Program-made: the position numbers and the translations under genes
Notes under the pieces: model-generated
Databases searched by the model: none
What the model was told of the DNA's origin: nothing
The model's input: the letters and a program-made list of their open reading frames with translations, nothing else
Source: Sedimentisphaerales bacterium
Lineage (GTDB): Bacteria > Planctomycetota > Phycisphaerae > Sedimentisphaerales > SM23-30
Length of the DNA stretch: 64,000 nt
Reading direction: 5' to 3' (one strand)
Assembly (NCBI GenBank): GCA_963666285.1
Contig: OY762711.1
In this document: positions 50,939-61,284 of the stretch, piece by piece
How positions within the stretch are numbered: the stretch's first letter is position 1
How the letters are laid out: each line of letters opens with the position of its first letter

Positions 50939-52216
50939 TTATTTTTCGTGGGCGGTGAGGTCCTGCCAGGTTTCTCGTTTGCGGATGACCTTGACGTCTG
51001 AGCCGTCGACGAGAATTTCTGCGGCACGCGGCCTGGAGTTGTACTGGCTGGCCATGACGAAACCGTAGGCACCGGCGGTGAAGACGGCGAGCAGGTCGCC
51101 GCGTTTGACCGGCGGCATGAGCCTGTCCTGGGCGAGGAAGTCGCTGGACTCGCAGACCGGACCAACGACGTCGGTTTTGACAGTGCCGGGCAGAGCCATG
51201 ACATCGTCACGCTGTTTGGGCAGGAAGTCCGTGGTGACGGAAACGGGCCAGATGAAATGGAACGCTTCGTATAATGCCGGGCGGATGAGGTCGTTCATCG
51301 CCCCGTCGATAATGGCGAAGTTCTTTTCGCCGCTGGTCTTGGTATAGTTGACCTGAGTGACGAGAATACCTGCGTTGCCCATGATGGATCTGCCGGGCTC
51401 GAGTATGAGCTTGAGGCCGGTATCCTTTAGCAGCGGTACGATAGCCGCGGCGTAGTCTGCCGGGGTTGGAGACTGGCCGGTGATATAGTCGCTGGCATAG
51501 CCGCCGCCGATATCGAGTGTGTCGATCTCGAAGCCCTTGGCACGGAGAGCTTCGATCATGGTAAGTGTCTTTTTGATGGCCTGCACGTATGGGTCCGGTG
51601 AATAAATCGGTGAGCCGATGTGCAGGTGGATGCCGGCGATATGAATATTTTCGTTGCGGCCGTAGGTTTCGAAAACGTTAATGGCACGTTCGATATCGAC
51701 GCCGAATTTTGATTCCTTCTTGCCGGTGGTGGTGTATCTGTGGGTTTTGGGGTCGACGTCGGGGTTGACCCGAAGAGCACATTTGACCTTTTTGCCCATC
51801 TGTGATGCGATATCGATGATATTTTCCAGCTCGGCCTCCGATTCGATATTGAAATAGCCGATGCCCTGCTCGATGGCGTACCTGATCTCGGGGTCAGTCT
51901 TGCCGACGCCGGCGTAAACTACCTTTGAAGGGTCGGCACCGGCCTCAACGACGCGGAACAGCTCGCCGCCGCTGACGACGTCGAATGTTTCGCCAAGCCG
52001 GGCTACCATTTTGAGGATATTTATATTACTGCAAACCTTTACAGAATAACAGATTGTGGTATCGATACCCTTGAAGGCCTGCTGAAAATTCTTAATGTGG
52101 GATTTGATAGTGTTGGCACTGTAAATGTATAGCGGTGTGCCATGTTCGGCTGCGATCTGCTCAACCGGCACATCTTCGCAAAACAGCTTGTTGTCTTTGT
52201 ACTGGAAAAGGTCCAT
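50939..52216 (-). CDS. lysA: Diaminopimelate decarboxylase
   Basis: YSVK, DVVSGGEL, KFG, HIGS, EPGRS, GPVCES.D, GAYG..MAS.YNSRP. Confidence 0.97.
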   Translation of the reverse strand: MDLFQYKDNKLFCEDVPVEQIAAEHGTPLYIYSANTIKSHIKNFQQAFKGIDTTICYSVKVCSNINILKMVARLGETFDVVSGGELFRVVEAGADPSKVVYAGVGKTDPEIRYAIEQGIGYFNIESEAELENIIDIASQMGKKVKCALRVNPDVDPKTHRYTTTGKKESKFGVDIERAINVFETYGRNENIHIAGIHLHIGSPIYSPDPYVQAIKKTLTMIEALRAKGFEIDTLDIGGGYASDYITGQSPTPADYAAAIVPLLKDTGLKLILEPGRSIMGNAGILVTQVNYTKTSGEKNFAIIDGAMNDLIRPALYEAFHFIWPVSVTTDFLPKQRDDVMALPGTVKTDVVGPVCESSDFLAQDRLMPPVKRGDLLAVFTAGAYGFVMASQYNSRPRAAEILVDGSDVKVIRKRETWQDLTAHEK

Positions 52217-52486
52217 GTTATTTTTCTCCGAAAAAAATCTAAAAGTGAAGAATGCGGTTTATGCTTCGCATCATATTGTATTTAGCTACTTTATGAAAAC
52301 ATAAAATGTTAATTCAGTCACTTTAAGTAAATTTAAGTGTCAGGTAAGGTTATATGCCTTCTGTTCCTGTAAATATCGTTTAAGTCGTTAATTATACAGG
52401 AATAAGTGGGAATTTCCAGAGGAAACTTATCTGAAGGATTAAGTAAAAAGGATGAAAATAGTTTGAAGCGAGAAGTAAGAAAAAGG

Positions 52487-53773
52487 CTAGAGGCAGAAGT
52501 AGAGAACAGAGAGGATTGTGATGATCCACATGGTTGGTTTGATATCAGCGAATCTGCCGTCTAATACGTGGATGATGGTGTAGGAGATGAAACCGAATGC
52601 CAGGCCGGTACTAATGGAATAGCTGAGAGCGATCATGACCATGATGATGAATGCGGGCAGGCCGTGTTTGAGATCGGAGAAGTCGATGTTGCGAACCTGT
52701 TTCATCATGAATAATCCGATCATAATGAGAGCACCGGCGGTGGCGTAGCCCGGCACGACGCCGACGAGCGGCACAATGAAGATAGAAAGTAAAAACAGGA
52801 TGCCGGTAATAACCGAGGTGAGGCCGGTTTTGCCGCCCTGCTCGATACCAGCGGCAGATTCGATATAAGATGTTGTAGTTGAGGTGCCGCAGGCAGCACC
52901 AAACATGGTAGCACAGGCATCGATAGCCAGAATGCGGTCCATCTTGTCGAGTTTGCCATTGTCGTCATTCAGTCCGGCAGCAGGAGCAACGGCAAGTACT
53001 GTGCCGATACTGTCAAACATATCGACGAAAACCAGGGTAAATATGCTGGAGAACATGCTCCATTTGAGGGCACCGGCGAAATCCATTTTTAGAGCTATAG
53101 ATGATATGTCAAAATTGCACTCGAAGAATTTTTCAGGCCGCTGAATATCGCCGAACAAGGCAGCAAGCAAAGTTGAGAAAGCGATGCCTGCTAAAAGAGC
53201 ACCTGGTACTTTTTTCATCTCGAGGATAATCATCAGGACCAGGCCAGCGAGCCCATAGAGGATGGTAGGTGATATTTTGGCAGCAGTGACAAGAGTTACC
53301 GGATGGTCGATAATTATGCCCAGGTTCTGCAGGCCGATGAAGGTGATGAATAAACCAATGCCGACCGAAATGGCAGAGACAAGAGAACGAGGGATCGCTT
53401 CGACGAGTTTCTTACGCAGTCCGGCGAGAGTGAGAATGAGAAAAAAAGCACCGGATAAGAAAACAGTCGCCAGTGCGGTCTGCCATGATACTTTTTGGGT
53501 TAGAACAAGCGTATAGGCAAAGAAAGCGTTCAGGCCCATGCCGGGGGCCATAGCGATAGGAGCGTTGGCAAACAGCCCGGTGGCAATTGTTGCGATAGCG
53601 GTGACCAGGCAGGTGGTGACGATTAATGCGGATTTGTCCATGCCGGTTTCGGAAAGTATGTTTGGGTTGACGAAGATTATGTATGCCATAGTCAGAAATG
53701 TGGTGAACCCGGCAATAATCTCTGTTTTGACTGATGTCTGATTTTGTTTGATATTGAAATATTTTTTGAGCAT
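52487..53773 (-). CDS. NCS2/AzgA-family purine permease
   Basis: TTFLTMAYIIFVNP, APGMGLNAFF, DMFDSIGT, YIESAAG..GGKTGL. Confidence 0.93.
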   Translation of the reverse strand: MLKKYFNIKQNQTSVKTEIIAGFTTFLTMAYIIFVNPNILSETGMDKSALIVTTCLVTAIATIATGLFANAPIAMAPGMGLNAFFAYTLVLTQKVSWQTALATVFLSGAFFLILTLAGLRKKLVEAIPRSLVSAISVGIGLFITFIGLQNLGIIIDHPVTLVTAAKISPTILYGLAGLVLMIILEMKKVPGALLAGIAFSTLLAALFGDIQRPEKFFECNFDISSIALKMDFAGALKWSMFSSIFTLVFVDMFDSIGTVLAVAPAAGLNDDNGKLDKMDRILAIDACATMFGAACGTSTTTSYIESAAGIEQGGKTGLTSVITGILFLLSIFIVPLVGVVPGYATAGALIMIGLFMMKQVRNIDFSDLKHGLPAFIIMVMIALSYSISTGLAFGFISYTIIHVLDGRFADIKPTMWIITILSVLYFCL

Positions 53774-53838
53774 TACGGGAATTCCGTTTCAGGCAAAATA
53801 AGTCATGACCGCATAAAAAAACGTGGAGTTAAAAACCG

Positions 53839-54843
53839 CTACAGCACAGATTCCAGGTCGATTTCGTTTAGTATGGTTTTGCGTGACCGGCTGTCGCGTG
53901 CGTGGGTGAGTATCTTTAGCGACTGGTCACGGTCGAAGCCCAGGTCTGAAAGGCCGGCAGGCAGCCCGACCTGCTGCATGAAGGTCTGAAGCGATTTAGT
54001 ATTTTTTTTGTGCAGCTTCAGGATGAGAGGTGTAGCGGCTCCAACCTGTATGCCGTGGTAGGTAGATTTTTCAGGGTATAGCTCGTCAATAGCATGGCTG
54101 ACGGCGTGTTCGGCACCGCTGCACGGGCGGCTGCTGCCGGCGATCTCCATGGCAAGACCGCTGATAACCAGGCAGTATGCAAGCCGGCTGATGAAATCCT
54201 CAGAGCCAAACTCATCGGGATCGAGAGCAAGCAGCATGTCGCAGCTCATCATAGAGAGAGTGCGAGCAAAATCGTTGATATATTCGTTGTATTTCTCGGC
54301 GGCCAGCTGCCAGTCAAGCAGGGCCGACCTGTTGGAGATGACATCGCCTATGCCTGAACGGATGGCATCTTTGGGGGCAGATTTGACGACAAGCGTGTCA
54401 ACAATGATACCCATAGGTATGTTACCGTTGGCCCTGATGCGTTTTGACTTATCGGAAAGAACGATAACGGGTGAATATATGCCGTCATTGCTGAGTGCGG
54501 TTGGAATGGACAAGAAGTTCATCGCGAGTCGGGTAGCGGCATACTTGACAACGTCGATAACCTGTCCGCCCCCTACCGCTAAAATAAGGGTATCGGGCGG
54601 GCATGACTCCAGATGCTTTATAAGTCGGTCAGCCTCGGGCAGGCAATAATTCTCTATCAGAAACACATCGCTGCAACTGCCATCAATATGAGTCGTAACG
54701 ATATTTTTTAGATCCGGCATGGTAACAACCAGCTTATTGGGAAAGCTGAGGTTATGCCTGGAGATGATCTGGTCTATCTGGCCGAGGACTCCGGGGCCAA
54801 TAGTGAGAATAACCGGTAATCTTGTCGCGTGGGTAAAAAGCAT
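53839..54843 (-). CDS. Glycerol-1-phosphate dehydrogenase-like (Fe/Zn-ADH family)
   Basis: GGGQVIDVVK, PT.LSNDGI.SP, GIGDVISN, SRPCSGAEHAVSH, HG.QVG. Confidence 0.8.
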   Translation of the reverse strand: MLFTHATRLPVILTIGPGVLGQIDQIISRHNLSFPNKLVVTMPDLKNIVTTHIDGSCSDVFLIENYCLPEADRLIKHLESCPPDTLILAVGGGQVIDVVKYAATRLAMNFLSIPTALSNDGIYSPVIVLSDKSKRIRANGNIPMGIIVDTLVVKSAPKDAIRSGIGDVISNRSALLDWQLAAEKYNEYINDFARTLSMMSCDMLLALDPDEFGSEDFISRLAYCLVISGLAMEIAGSSRPCSGAEHAVSHAIDELYPEKSTYHGIQVGAATPLILKLHKKNTKSLQTFMQQVGLPAGLSDLGFDRDQSLKILTHARDSRSRKTILNEIDLESVL

Positions 54844-55233
54844 TGTAATAAAATTGTATCAGGTTTTAACAGGAAACTAAATTATAACAAATAATACTAA
54901 TACACCTGATTAAAACCTTAAATAGTTAGAAGTTAGAGGTTAGCAAAAAGATGTTTATAAGGTTCTCGCTAACACTCGTGCTAATTAAACAATCCAAGGT
55001 TGGGATTATAACAGAAAAAATGAGAGTGAGCTATAAAAATGCCTTAAATGGCACAATATTTGCGAAAAGTACATGGTAAGAGGCAATATAAGCCTTTTAT
55101 TGATAAATTACTGAAAGATATGTACTTAAAATAAATATAGAGAGAGTAGAAATAGGTACATATCTGTAGTTTTTGTTAACTTTTGTGAAATATTTGTAAC
55201 TTTTGTTTCAGATTGTGAAAGAAAACAACATAT

Positions 55234-55647
55234 ATGATAAGTGCAAGAAACCAGATAAAAGGAAAGATAAAAAGCATATCTCGCTGCACAATAAACGCAG
55301 AGATTATTATTATCACCGATAGCGGGCTGGAAATTTCATCAATTATCACCGCAGGCAGCTGTGTACAACTGGGACTGGAGCCAGGTATGGAGATAATAGC
55401 GTTGATAAAGTCTTCAGACGTTATGGTTGCTGTTGGCAATGGATTTCATATAAGCACAAGGAACAATATCCCGGGTAAGGTAAAGAAGATCACCGGCGGG
55501 ACAGTGAGCGATGAAGTTGTCATTGACGCAGATGGAACAGAACTGGTATCGGTGATAACCGAAGCCAGTGTAAAGAGGCTGCAGCTGGTTGAAGGAATGG
55601 AAGTGTCAGCTTTGTTCAAGGCATCAAATGTTTTGATAATCAGCTAG
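55234..55647 (+). CDS. Double TOBE/Mop molybdate-binding protein (ModG-like)
   Basis: Two S(A/T)RN..G...S.IT..S...L.L..G....A..K.S.V repeats. Confidence 0.9.
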   Translation: MISARNQIKGKIKSISRCTINAEIIIITDSGLEISSIITAGSCVQLGLEPGMEIIALIKSSDVMVAVGNGFHISTRNNIPGKVKKITGGTVSDEVVIDADGTELVSVITEASVKRLQLVEGMEVSALFKASNVLIIS

Positions 55648-55649
55648 TT

Positions 55650-55677
55650 ACTCAAACTGCCCGATGGTCAGCTTGAG
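55650..55677. repeat. REP-like palindrome copy
   Basis: ACTCAAACTGCCCGATGGTCAGCTTGAG; matches reverse complement of 11247..11275. Confidence 0.65.
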
Positions 55678-55725
55678 AAGGATTAGGTATTTTTTTGTAT
55701 TAGACAAAAACAGGAAGAAATCAAA

Positions 55726-56511
55726 ATGAGAAGAGTAAAAAGAAATATTAAACTGGATATTTTTGCAATCTGTGTAATAATGGTGGCATTTATAGGCAGC
55801 TGCGGGAAGAACAAACAAGAGGCATCGGCGAAAATCCAGGTATTTGCCGCAGCCAGCACAACTAATGCAGTAACTGACATTGCCAAGGAATTTACTGCTT
55901 CGACAGGAATTGAAGTTGAAACTAATTTTGCGTCATCATCGACACTGGCACAGCAGATAGAAACCGGTGCAGAAGCCGATGTGTATATTTCTGCCAACCA
56001 GAAATGGGCAAATTACCTGGAAGAGAAAAAACTATGCCAGGAGCGAAAGACATTACTTGGCAACAGGATAGTAATAGTCGTTCCAGCGAAATCGGAAATA
56101 GCAGGAGATTCGCCAGAGATACTGCTGGGAGAAGAAATCAAGAATATTGCGATGGGTGATCCAAGCCATGTGCCAGCGGGCAAATACGGGAAGGAAGCAT
56201 TGGAGAAACTTGGGCTATGGGAGAAATTATCGACAAAAGTGACAGCGGCCAAAGATGTACGCTCAGCCCTGGCATACGTTGAAACCGAGGCAGCAGAAGC
56301 CGGAATAGTGTACTCGACAGATGCAGCGATAAGCGACAAAGTGAAAGTAATATATAAATTTCCGCAAGGAGCAACCAACCAGCCGATATCGTACCCGGCA
56401 ATGATATTGAATAAATCTGCTGAGCCGGAAAATGCGAAGAAATTTTTCGAATATCTGCAAGATGAAAAAGCAGATGAAATCTTCAAAGGATATGGATTTA
56501 TGATTAACTGA
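55726..56511 (+). CDS. modA: Molybdate ABC transporter substrate-binding lipoprotein
   Basis: VFAAAS, FASSSTLAQQI..GA.ADVYISAN, DP.HVPAG.Y, AGIVYSTDA; lipobox IGSC. Confidence 0.95.
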   Translation: MRRVKRNIKLDIFAICVIMVAFIGSCGKNKQEASAKIQVFAAASTTNAVTDIAKEFTASTGIEVETNFASSSTLAQQIETGAEADVYISANQKWANYLEEKKLCQERKTLLGNRIVIVVPAKSEIAGDSPEILLGEEIKNIAMGDPSHVPAGKYGKEALEKLGLWEKLSTKVTAAKDVRSALAYVETEAAEAGIVYSTDAAISDKVKVIYKFPQGATNQPISYPAMILNKSAEPENAKKFFEYLQDEKADEIFKGYGFMIN

Positions 56512-56610
56512 CCTAAACCGACCGATGGTAATTTTGAGCGGCATCAGGTGCCGAGTAAGGTATAAAAAAGGATAGCTGCGAAGCGGCGAACATAAGTTAA
56601 CAGAAAAACA

Positions 56611-57288
56611 ATGATATTAAGTCCGGAAGAATTTAGCGCTCTTAAGCTGAGTACGATATTTGCCTTGTCGGCAGCAACGCTGGCGATAGTGCCAGCGATA
56701 TTACTTGGATACTGGCTGGCACACAGCCGGGCAAAGTGGAAATGGATCGTAGAGGCAGCAGCCAACCTGCCGCTGGTTTTGCCGCCAGTGGTGACGGGAT
56801 ATGTATTACTACTTTTACTGGCACCTTCGGGAATAATAGGAGCATTGTGCGAGAAGCTAGGTTTCAAGATAATCTTTACCCCCTACGCCGCGATAACAGC
56901 CGCAATGGTAGTAAGTTTTCCGCTGGCAATGCGAACAACTAAGCTGGCATTTGAATCGATAGACAGCAAGATCGAGCAAACAGCAAGGACACTGGGGGCA
57001 ACGCGGCTTGAGGTATTCGGCCAGATATCATTACCACTGGCAAAATACGGCATATTAGGCGGCTGGATGCTGGCGTTTGCCAGAAGCCTGGGTGAGTTTG
57101 GGGCAACGATAATGATAGCAGGAAATATTATCGGTAAAACGCAGACAATACCACTGGCAATATTTTCAAAAGCAACTCAACCCGGCGGAATCGAGCAGTC
57201 ATGGCGACTGGTGATACTTTCGATAATAGTGTCATGTATAGCGATAGCGATAGGCGAAAAACTAGGCAGGAAGCGAAAATGCGGTTAG
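56611..57288 (+). CDS. modB: Molybdate ABC permease
   Basis: LPLVLPPVVTGY, ARTLGA, FARSLGEFGATI. Confidence 0.95.
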   Translation: MILSPEEFSALKLSTIFALSAATLAIVPAILLGYWLAHSRAKWKWIVEAAANLPLVLPPVVTGYVLLLLLAPSGIIGALCEKLGFKIIFTPYAAITAAMVVSFPLAMRTTKLAFESIDSKIEQTARTLGATRLEVFGQISLPLAKYGILGGWMLAFARSLGEFGATIMIAGNIIGKTQTIPLAIFSKATQPGGIEQSWRLVILSIIVSCIAIAIGEKLGRKRKCG

Positions 57289-58049
57289 ATATAAAGTGCC
57301 AACATAGATTTTCAAATCATTTTGAGATCAATGTCGATCTAGCCTGTGATGTGCGCGCGATGGCAATATTCGGCCCTTCCGGCAGCGGCAAAACAACAAT
57401 GCTTTCGACTATGGCCGGAACCTTTACACCCGGCATCGGTAAAGTTTATGTAGATGAGCAAACATTACTGGATACGGAGAACAAAATATTTGTGCCGCCG
57501 GAAAAGCGGTCTATAGGAGTAACTCCTCAGCATTCACTATTATTTGAGCATATGAATGTACGCAGCAACCTTGAATATGGAATGCCTAAAAACCGGAAAT
57601 GGAAGCAAAAGTCATCGCTGATATGTAAACGAGAGATCAAATTTGATGATGTCGTTGAAATACTGGAACTGGAAAAACTGCTGGACAGGACACCGGATAA
57701 TTTATCGGGAGGCGAACAGCGGCGCATAGCAATAGGCCGAGCACTGCTAAGTCAGCCCCGTATGCTAATACTGGATGAGCCGCTATCGGCATTAGACGAA
57801 AATTTGAAAATGCGTATAATGGAATATCTGAAAAAAGTAATAGACCACTGGCATATTCCAACGATAATAATAACTCACAGTAAAGCCGTAGTGCATGCGC
57901 TAGCCGACAATGTGATCATTGTAGATAATGGCCACATTATTGGCATAGGCTCTCCAAGTCGAGTACTACCAGTTAAAAGAAACGGCTGTACCGATTACGG
58001 CAATAATCTGATCAAACAGTTGTCGCAGCAGGAATATAACCTGAGCTGA
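57279..58049 (+). CDS. modC: Molybdate ABC ATPase (no C-terminal TOBE)
   Basis: GPSGSGKT, LSGGEQRR, LDEPLSALD; ATG 57279 overlaps the modB end. Confidence 0.9.
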   Translation: MRLDIKCQHRFSNHFEINVDLACDVRAMAIFGPSGSGKTTMLSTMAGTFTPGIGKVYVDEQTLLDTENKIFVPPEKRSIGVTPQHSLLFEHMNVRSNLEYGMPKNRKWKQKSSLICKREIKFDDVVEILELEKLLDRTPDNLSGGEQRRIAIGRALLSQPRMLILDEPLSALDENLKMRIMEYLKKVIDHWHIPTIIITHSKAVVHALADNVIIVDNGHIIGIGSPSRVLPVKRNGCTDYGNNLIKQLSQQEYNLS

Positions 58050-58074
58050 CATTAAAGCACTTAATAACAACTGA

Positions 58075-58686
58075 TTATACTAAAACCCCGGCCTTGCGAG
58101 TTGACAGGTATGACTGTTTGCCGGCTTTTTCAGAATCAGAAATAATATAGTCCCTGTATTGTTCGAGCTTATCTTCAGAAGTAACAATACGATCAATAGC
58201 TTCATAATGCCAGAGATGATATCCCATGAAACCAGTAACCCTGTTGATTTCATTACTGGAGTATTGTTTCCAGCTCTGAACAATCTTATCAACGGTATTT
58301 TTACCCTGCGGAATAAAAATAACATGAACATGGTTAGGCATAATAACCCAGTAGTCCAGCTGATACTGTTCCTGGTCGAGATGTCTAAGAGCATCAACCA
58401 CAATAGAATTACATTCAGGACGCCTTAGAATACATCCGCCATGACTATCATCAAGCCAATTTTCAATCTTCTGATTGAACTGTACATCGTATTCTTCCTG
58501 TTCGATTTCATTATAAGGTTTAGTATGAACCGCCATCCACTGCTGGCGAGCGAGATGCAATTTGTGCAGATCATTAGCCGGAATAGCATCAGCCAGTCTG
58601 AAAGTCACGAAATAAATATTCTGGTTATCACTCCAACTCGAACCATCCTGCTCTGCATCAATTTTGCTTTGAAAGAAACTATTCAT
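58075..58686 (-). CDS. RAYT-like HUH (Y1) transposase, degenerate motifs
   Basis: YFVTFRLADAIP, WLD..HG.C.L, VIMPNHVH, SWKQYS; probable start ATG 58686. Confidence 0.8.
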   Translation of the reverse strand: MNSFFQSKIDAEQDGSSWSDNQNIYFVTFRLADAIPANDLHKLHLARQQWMAVHTKPYNEIEQEEYDVQFNQKIENWLDDSHGGCILRRPECNSIVVDALRHLDQEQYQLDYWVIMPNHVHVIFIPQGKNTVDKIVQSWKQYSSNEINRVTGFMGYHLWHYEAIDRIVTSEDKLEQYRDYIISDSEKAGKQSYLSTRKAGVLV

Positions 58687-58885
58687 TTTTGTACCCCGCA
58701 TTTTTAAAGTAAGTATTAATAATTCGGCTTCAGGTAACGTAGAAAACGCATAAAGAAACTGAAGCAAACAGATCACAAAATATATTAAAACACTAATAAA
58801 AAAGACCTGGTGAAATCTCCGTTTTAAGGAATCTCGACCAGATCATGATGACTTGCAAGGTAAAAGAAAAATTGGCCGAGATTCA

Positions 58886-59785
58886 TTAGTTCGGCCAGTC
58901 TCCGGTAAACACCTCCGTTGCCGGGCCGGTCATATAAACAGGACCATTATCACGGTCCCACATCAGGTTGAGGTCACCGCCGGGCAAATGAGCGAGAATC
59001 CGGCACGACGAGTTACCGGTAAGAACACCAGCAACACATACCGCCGAAGCGCCAGTCCCGCAGGCAAGAGTGATTCCACTGCCGCGTTCCCAGGTGCGCA
59101 TAATAACTTCACCAGGCGAAACAACCTGGACAAAATGCACATTTATCCTTCGTGGGAAAAGAGGATGGTTTTCGAAAGCCGGCCCTATCTTATCCAAATC
59201 AATAGCAGCAACATCATCGCAATAGACCACCGCATGTGGATTGCCCATGGAAACGCAGGTCGTCAGCCATTTATGGCCAAGTACCTCAATTTCCGAATTG
59301 ACAATGTTGTCACCGTCAAGAGAAACAGGAATATCAGCAGGAGTCAGAATTGGAAGTCCCATGTTAACACATGCCTGCTGAACAAGGCCGCCGGACGAAG
59401 CAATAGCAATAGGCAAAACACCATTGCCGGTAAGTACTTCGATAATGCCGAAATTGTCAGCGAGAGGACAAGATTTTTTGAGGGATTCTTCCATAATTGG
59501 CTCACTAAGCGGCCTAGCACACACTAAGCCTTTATCGATACTATACTTAGCAACACATCTGACAGCATTTCCGCACATTTCAGACTCACTGCCGTCTGCA
59601 TTGAACATTCTCATTTGTACATCAGCTTTATCGGTCGGGCAAATAAGAACAAGCCCATCAGAACCAATGCCGAAATGTCTATCACTTACGGCGATTGCCA
59701 GTGATTTAGCATCAGGAACCTCTTGATTGAAGCAATTAATATAAACATAATCATTGCCGGCTCCATGCATTTTCGTAAATATCAT
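58886..59785 (-). CDS. dapF: Diaminopimelate epimerase
   Basis: KMHGAGNDY, NADGS..EMCGN, GNPH, ERGSGITLACGTGA. Confidence 0.97.
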   Translation of the reverse strand: MIFTKMHGAGNDYVYINCFNQEVPDAKSLAIAVSDRHFGIGSDGLVLICPTDKADVQMRMFNADGSESEMCGNAVRCVAKYSIDKGLVCARPLSEPIMEESLKKSCPLADNFGIIEVLTGNGVLPIAIASSGGLVQQACVNMGLPILTPADIPVSLDGDNIVNSEIEVLGHKWLTTCVSMGNPHAVVYCDDVAAIDLDKIGPAFENHPLFPRRINVHFVQVVSPGEVIMRTWERGSGITLACGTGASAVCVAGVLTGNSSCRILAHLPGGDLNLMWDRDNGPVYMTGPATEVFTGDWPN

Positions 59786-60170
59786 CGTTAGATCCTTACC
59801 TTATTAATAAGATTTAACTATAGTTTATTCTACACCAAAAATATCAATTACGCAAAGAAATAATCGATATTTTTCATATTTTTTCACTCAAGATTCAAAA
59901 CACAAGTGAGTTTTTCTCGCAAAACGGTTGCAAAACCCAGCAAAAAGCCAGATTGTAACCATAAATAATACAATAATACCAAAAATATCAAAATATTGAT
60001 TCTATGCCTGTTACCAGGCGATCAATATTAGCTAAATATTGGGCTAAGTATTTTAATATATTATATTTCACTTGCAAAGTAATAAAAATAAAGGTTTAAT
60101 CTATGTTTCAAAGTGCCGGGGTATAAAGCCCCAGACAGATAACCAGTATATCATAGAAAGGATTTTGTGA

Positions 60171-61109
60171 ATGAGTAACCATTTTGCTGACAGGCTTACC
60201 CAGGCGATAAAGGACAAAGGCACTTGCGCTGCAGTTGGCATCGACCCAGTTTATGACAAGCTACCTAAAGCATTAATAGAGAGAGCTGACCTTAACGATC
60301 CTAAAGATCTGCCGGCTGCCCTGGATGCGATAGTTGAATTTTCAACAAAGGTAATGAAAATAGTTGCACCGATAGTCCCTGCAGTAAAGATCAACATAGC
60401 ATTCTTTGAGAAATACCTCTGGGAAGGTGTAGAGAATTATTATTCACTAATCCAAGAAGCCGAAGCCCTAGGCGTAGAAGTCATAGGCGATGTAAAACGC
60501 GGTGACATTGGCTCAACCGCAGAATCCTACGCAAAAGGCCATGTCCAGAATTGCGATTTTGTTGACATGGAATACATTGTAGCAGCAGATGCAATAACAG
60601 TAAACGGTTTTGCCGGCATTGACGGAATCAAACCATTTGCAGATACAGCAGCAGAAGAAGGCAAAGGCATATTTGTCTGGACAAGAGCATCCAATCCATC
60701 AGCCGGTATTCTACAGGACTTTGCAGATGCAGAAGGCAAGAAATTCTGGGAACTAATGGCAGAACAAGTTGCCTTACTGGCCTGTGAAAATGCTTACATG
60801 GGCAAATCAGGTTACAGCTCTGTAGGAATGGTAATAGGCGGCACAACAGCTGAGCAGACAAAATCACTGAGAGAAAGATACCCGCACATTATATTCCTGG
60901 TTCCGGGCTATGGCGCCCAGGGAGCCAGTGCAGAAGACTGCAAGAAATTCTGCAAAGAAGATGGCACCGGGGCAATTATACCGGCATCAAGATCAGTAAT
61001 ATATGCCTTTAACGATCCGAAATATTATGAAACCTATGGTGCAGCAAACTGGGAAAAATGCATTGAAAAAGCAGCCTTAGACATGAAAGCAGCTTTACCA
61101 TCATCATAA
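60171..61109 (+). CDS. pyrF: Orotidine-5'-phosphate decarboxylase
   Basis: VGIDP, K.NIAFFE, DVKRGDIGST, SNP, LVPGYGAQG, SRS. Confidence 0.95.
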   Translation: MSNHFADRLTQAIKDKGTCAAVGIDPVYDKLPKALIERADLNDPKDLPAALDAIVEFSTKVMKIVAPIVPAVKINIAFFEKYLWEGVENYYSLIQEAEALGVEVIGDVKRGDIGSTAESYAKGHVQNCDFVDMEYIVAADAITVNGFAGIDGIKPFADTAAEEGKGIFVWTRASNPSAGILQDFADAEGKKFWELMAEQVALLACENAYMGKSGYSSVGMVIGGTTAEQTKSLRERYPHIIFLVPGYGAQGASAEDCKKFCKEDGTGAIIPASRSVIYAFNDPKYYETYGAANWEKCIEKAALDMKAALPSS

Positions 61110-61143
61110 CCCAAAAGCCCAGGTTACAAATATATAACTTATC

Positions 61144-61175
61144 AAAGCCTTGCCTGTTTACAGGTAAGGCTTTTT
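61144..61175 (+). terminator. Intrinsic terminator after pyrF
   Basis: AAAGCCTTGCCTG-ttta-CAGGTAAGGC-TTTTT. Confidence 0.8.
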
Positions 61176-61284
61176 ATACATATATAGTATGATTTTTTAC
61201 GATCGCTCGGAAAGTAAGCAATGTTATACCACGCTCGAACGGGCATTTTCAACTGCTATGGGTAAAGCCTGTCCCAACACACTG

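Noticed and set aside
52217..52486. Lysine riboswitch upstream of lysA
   Set aside because: AT-rich; no AGAGG..G P1/P2 or kink-turn features visible.
58853..59527. 224-aa plus-strand ORF
   Set aside because: Antisense shadow of dapF.
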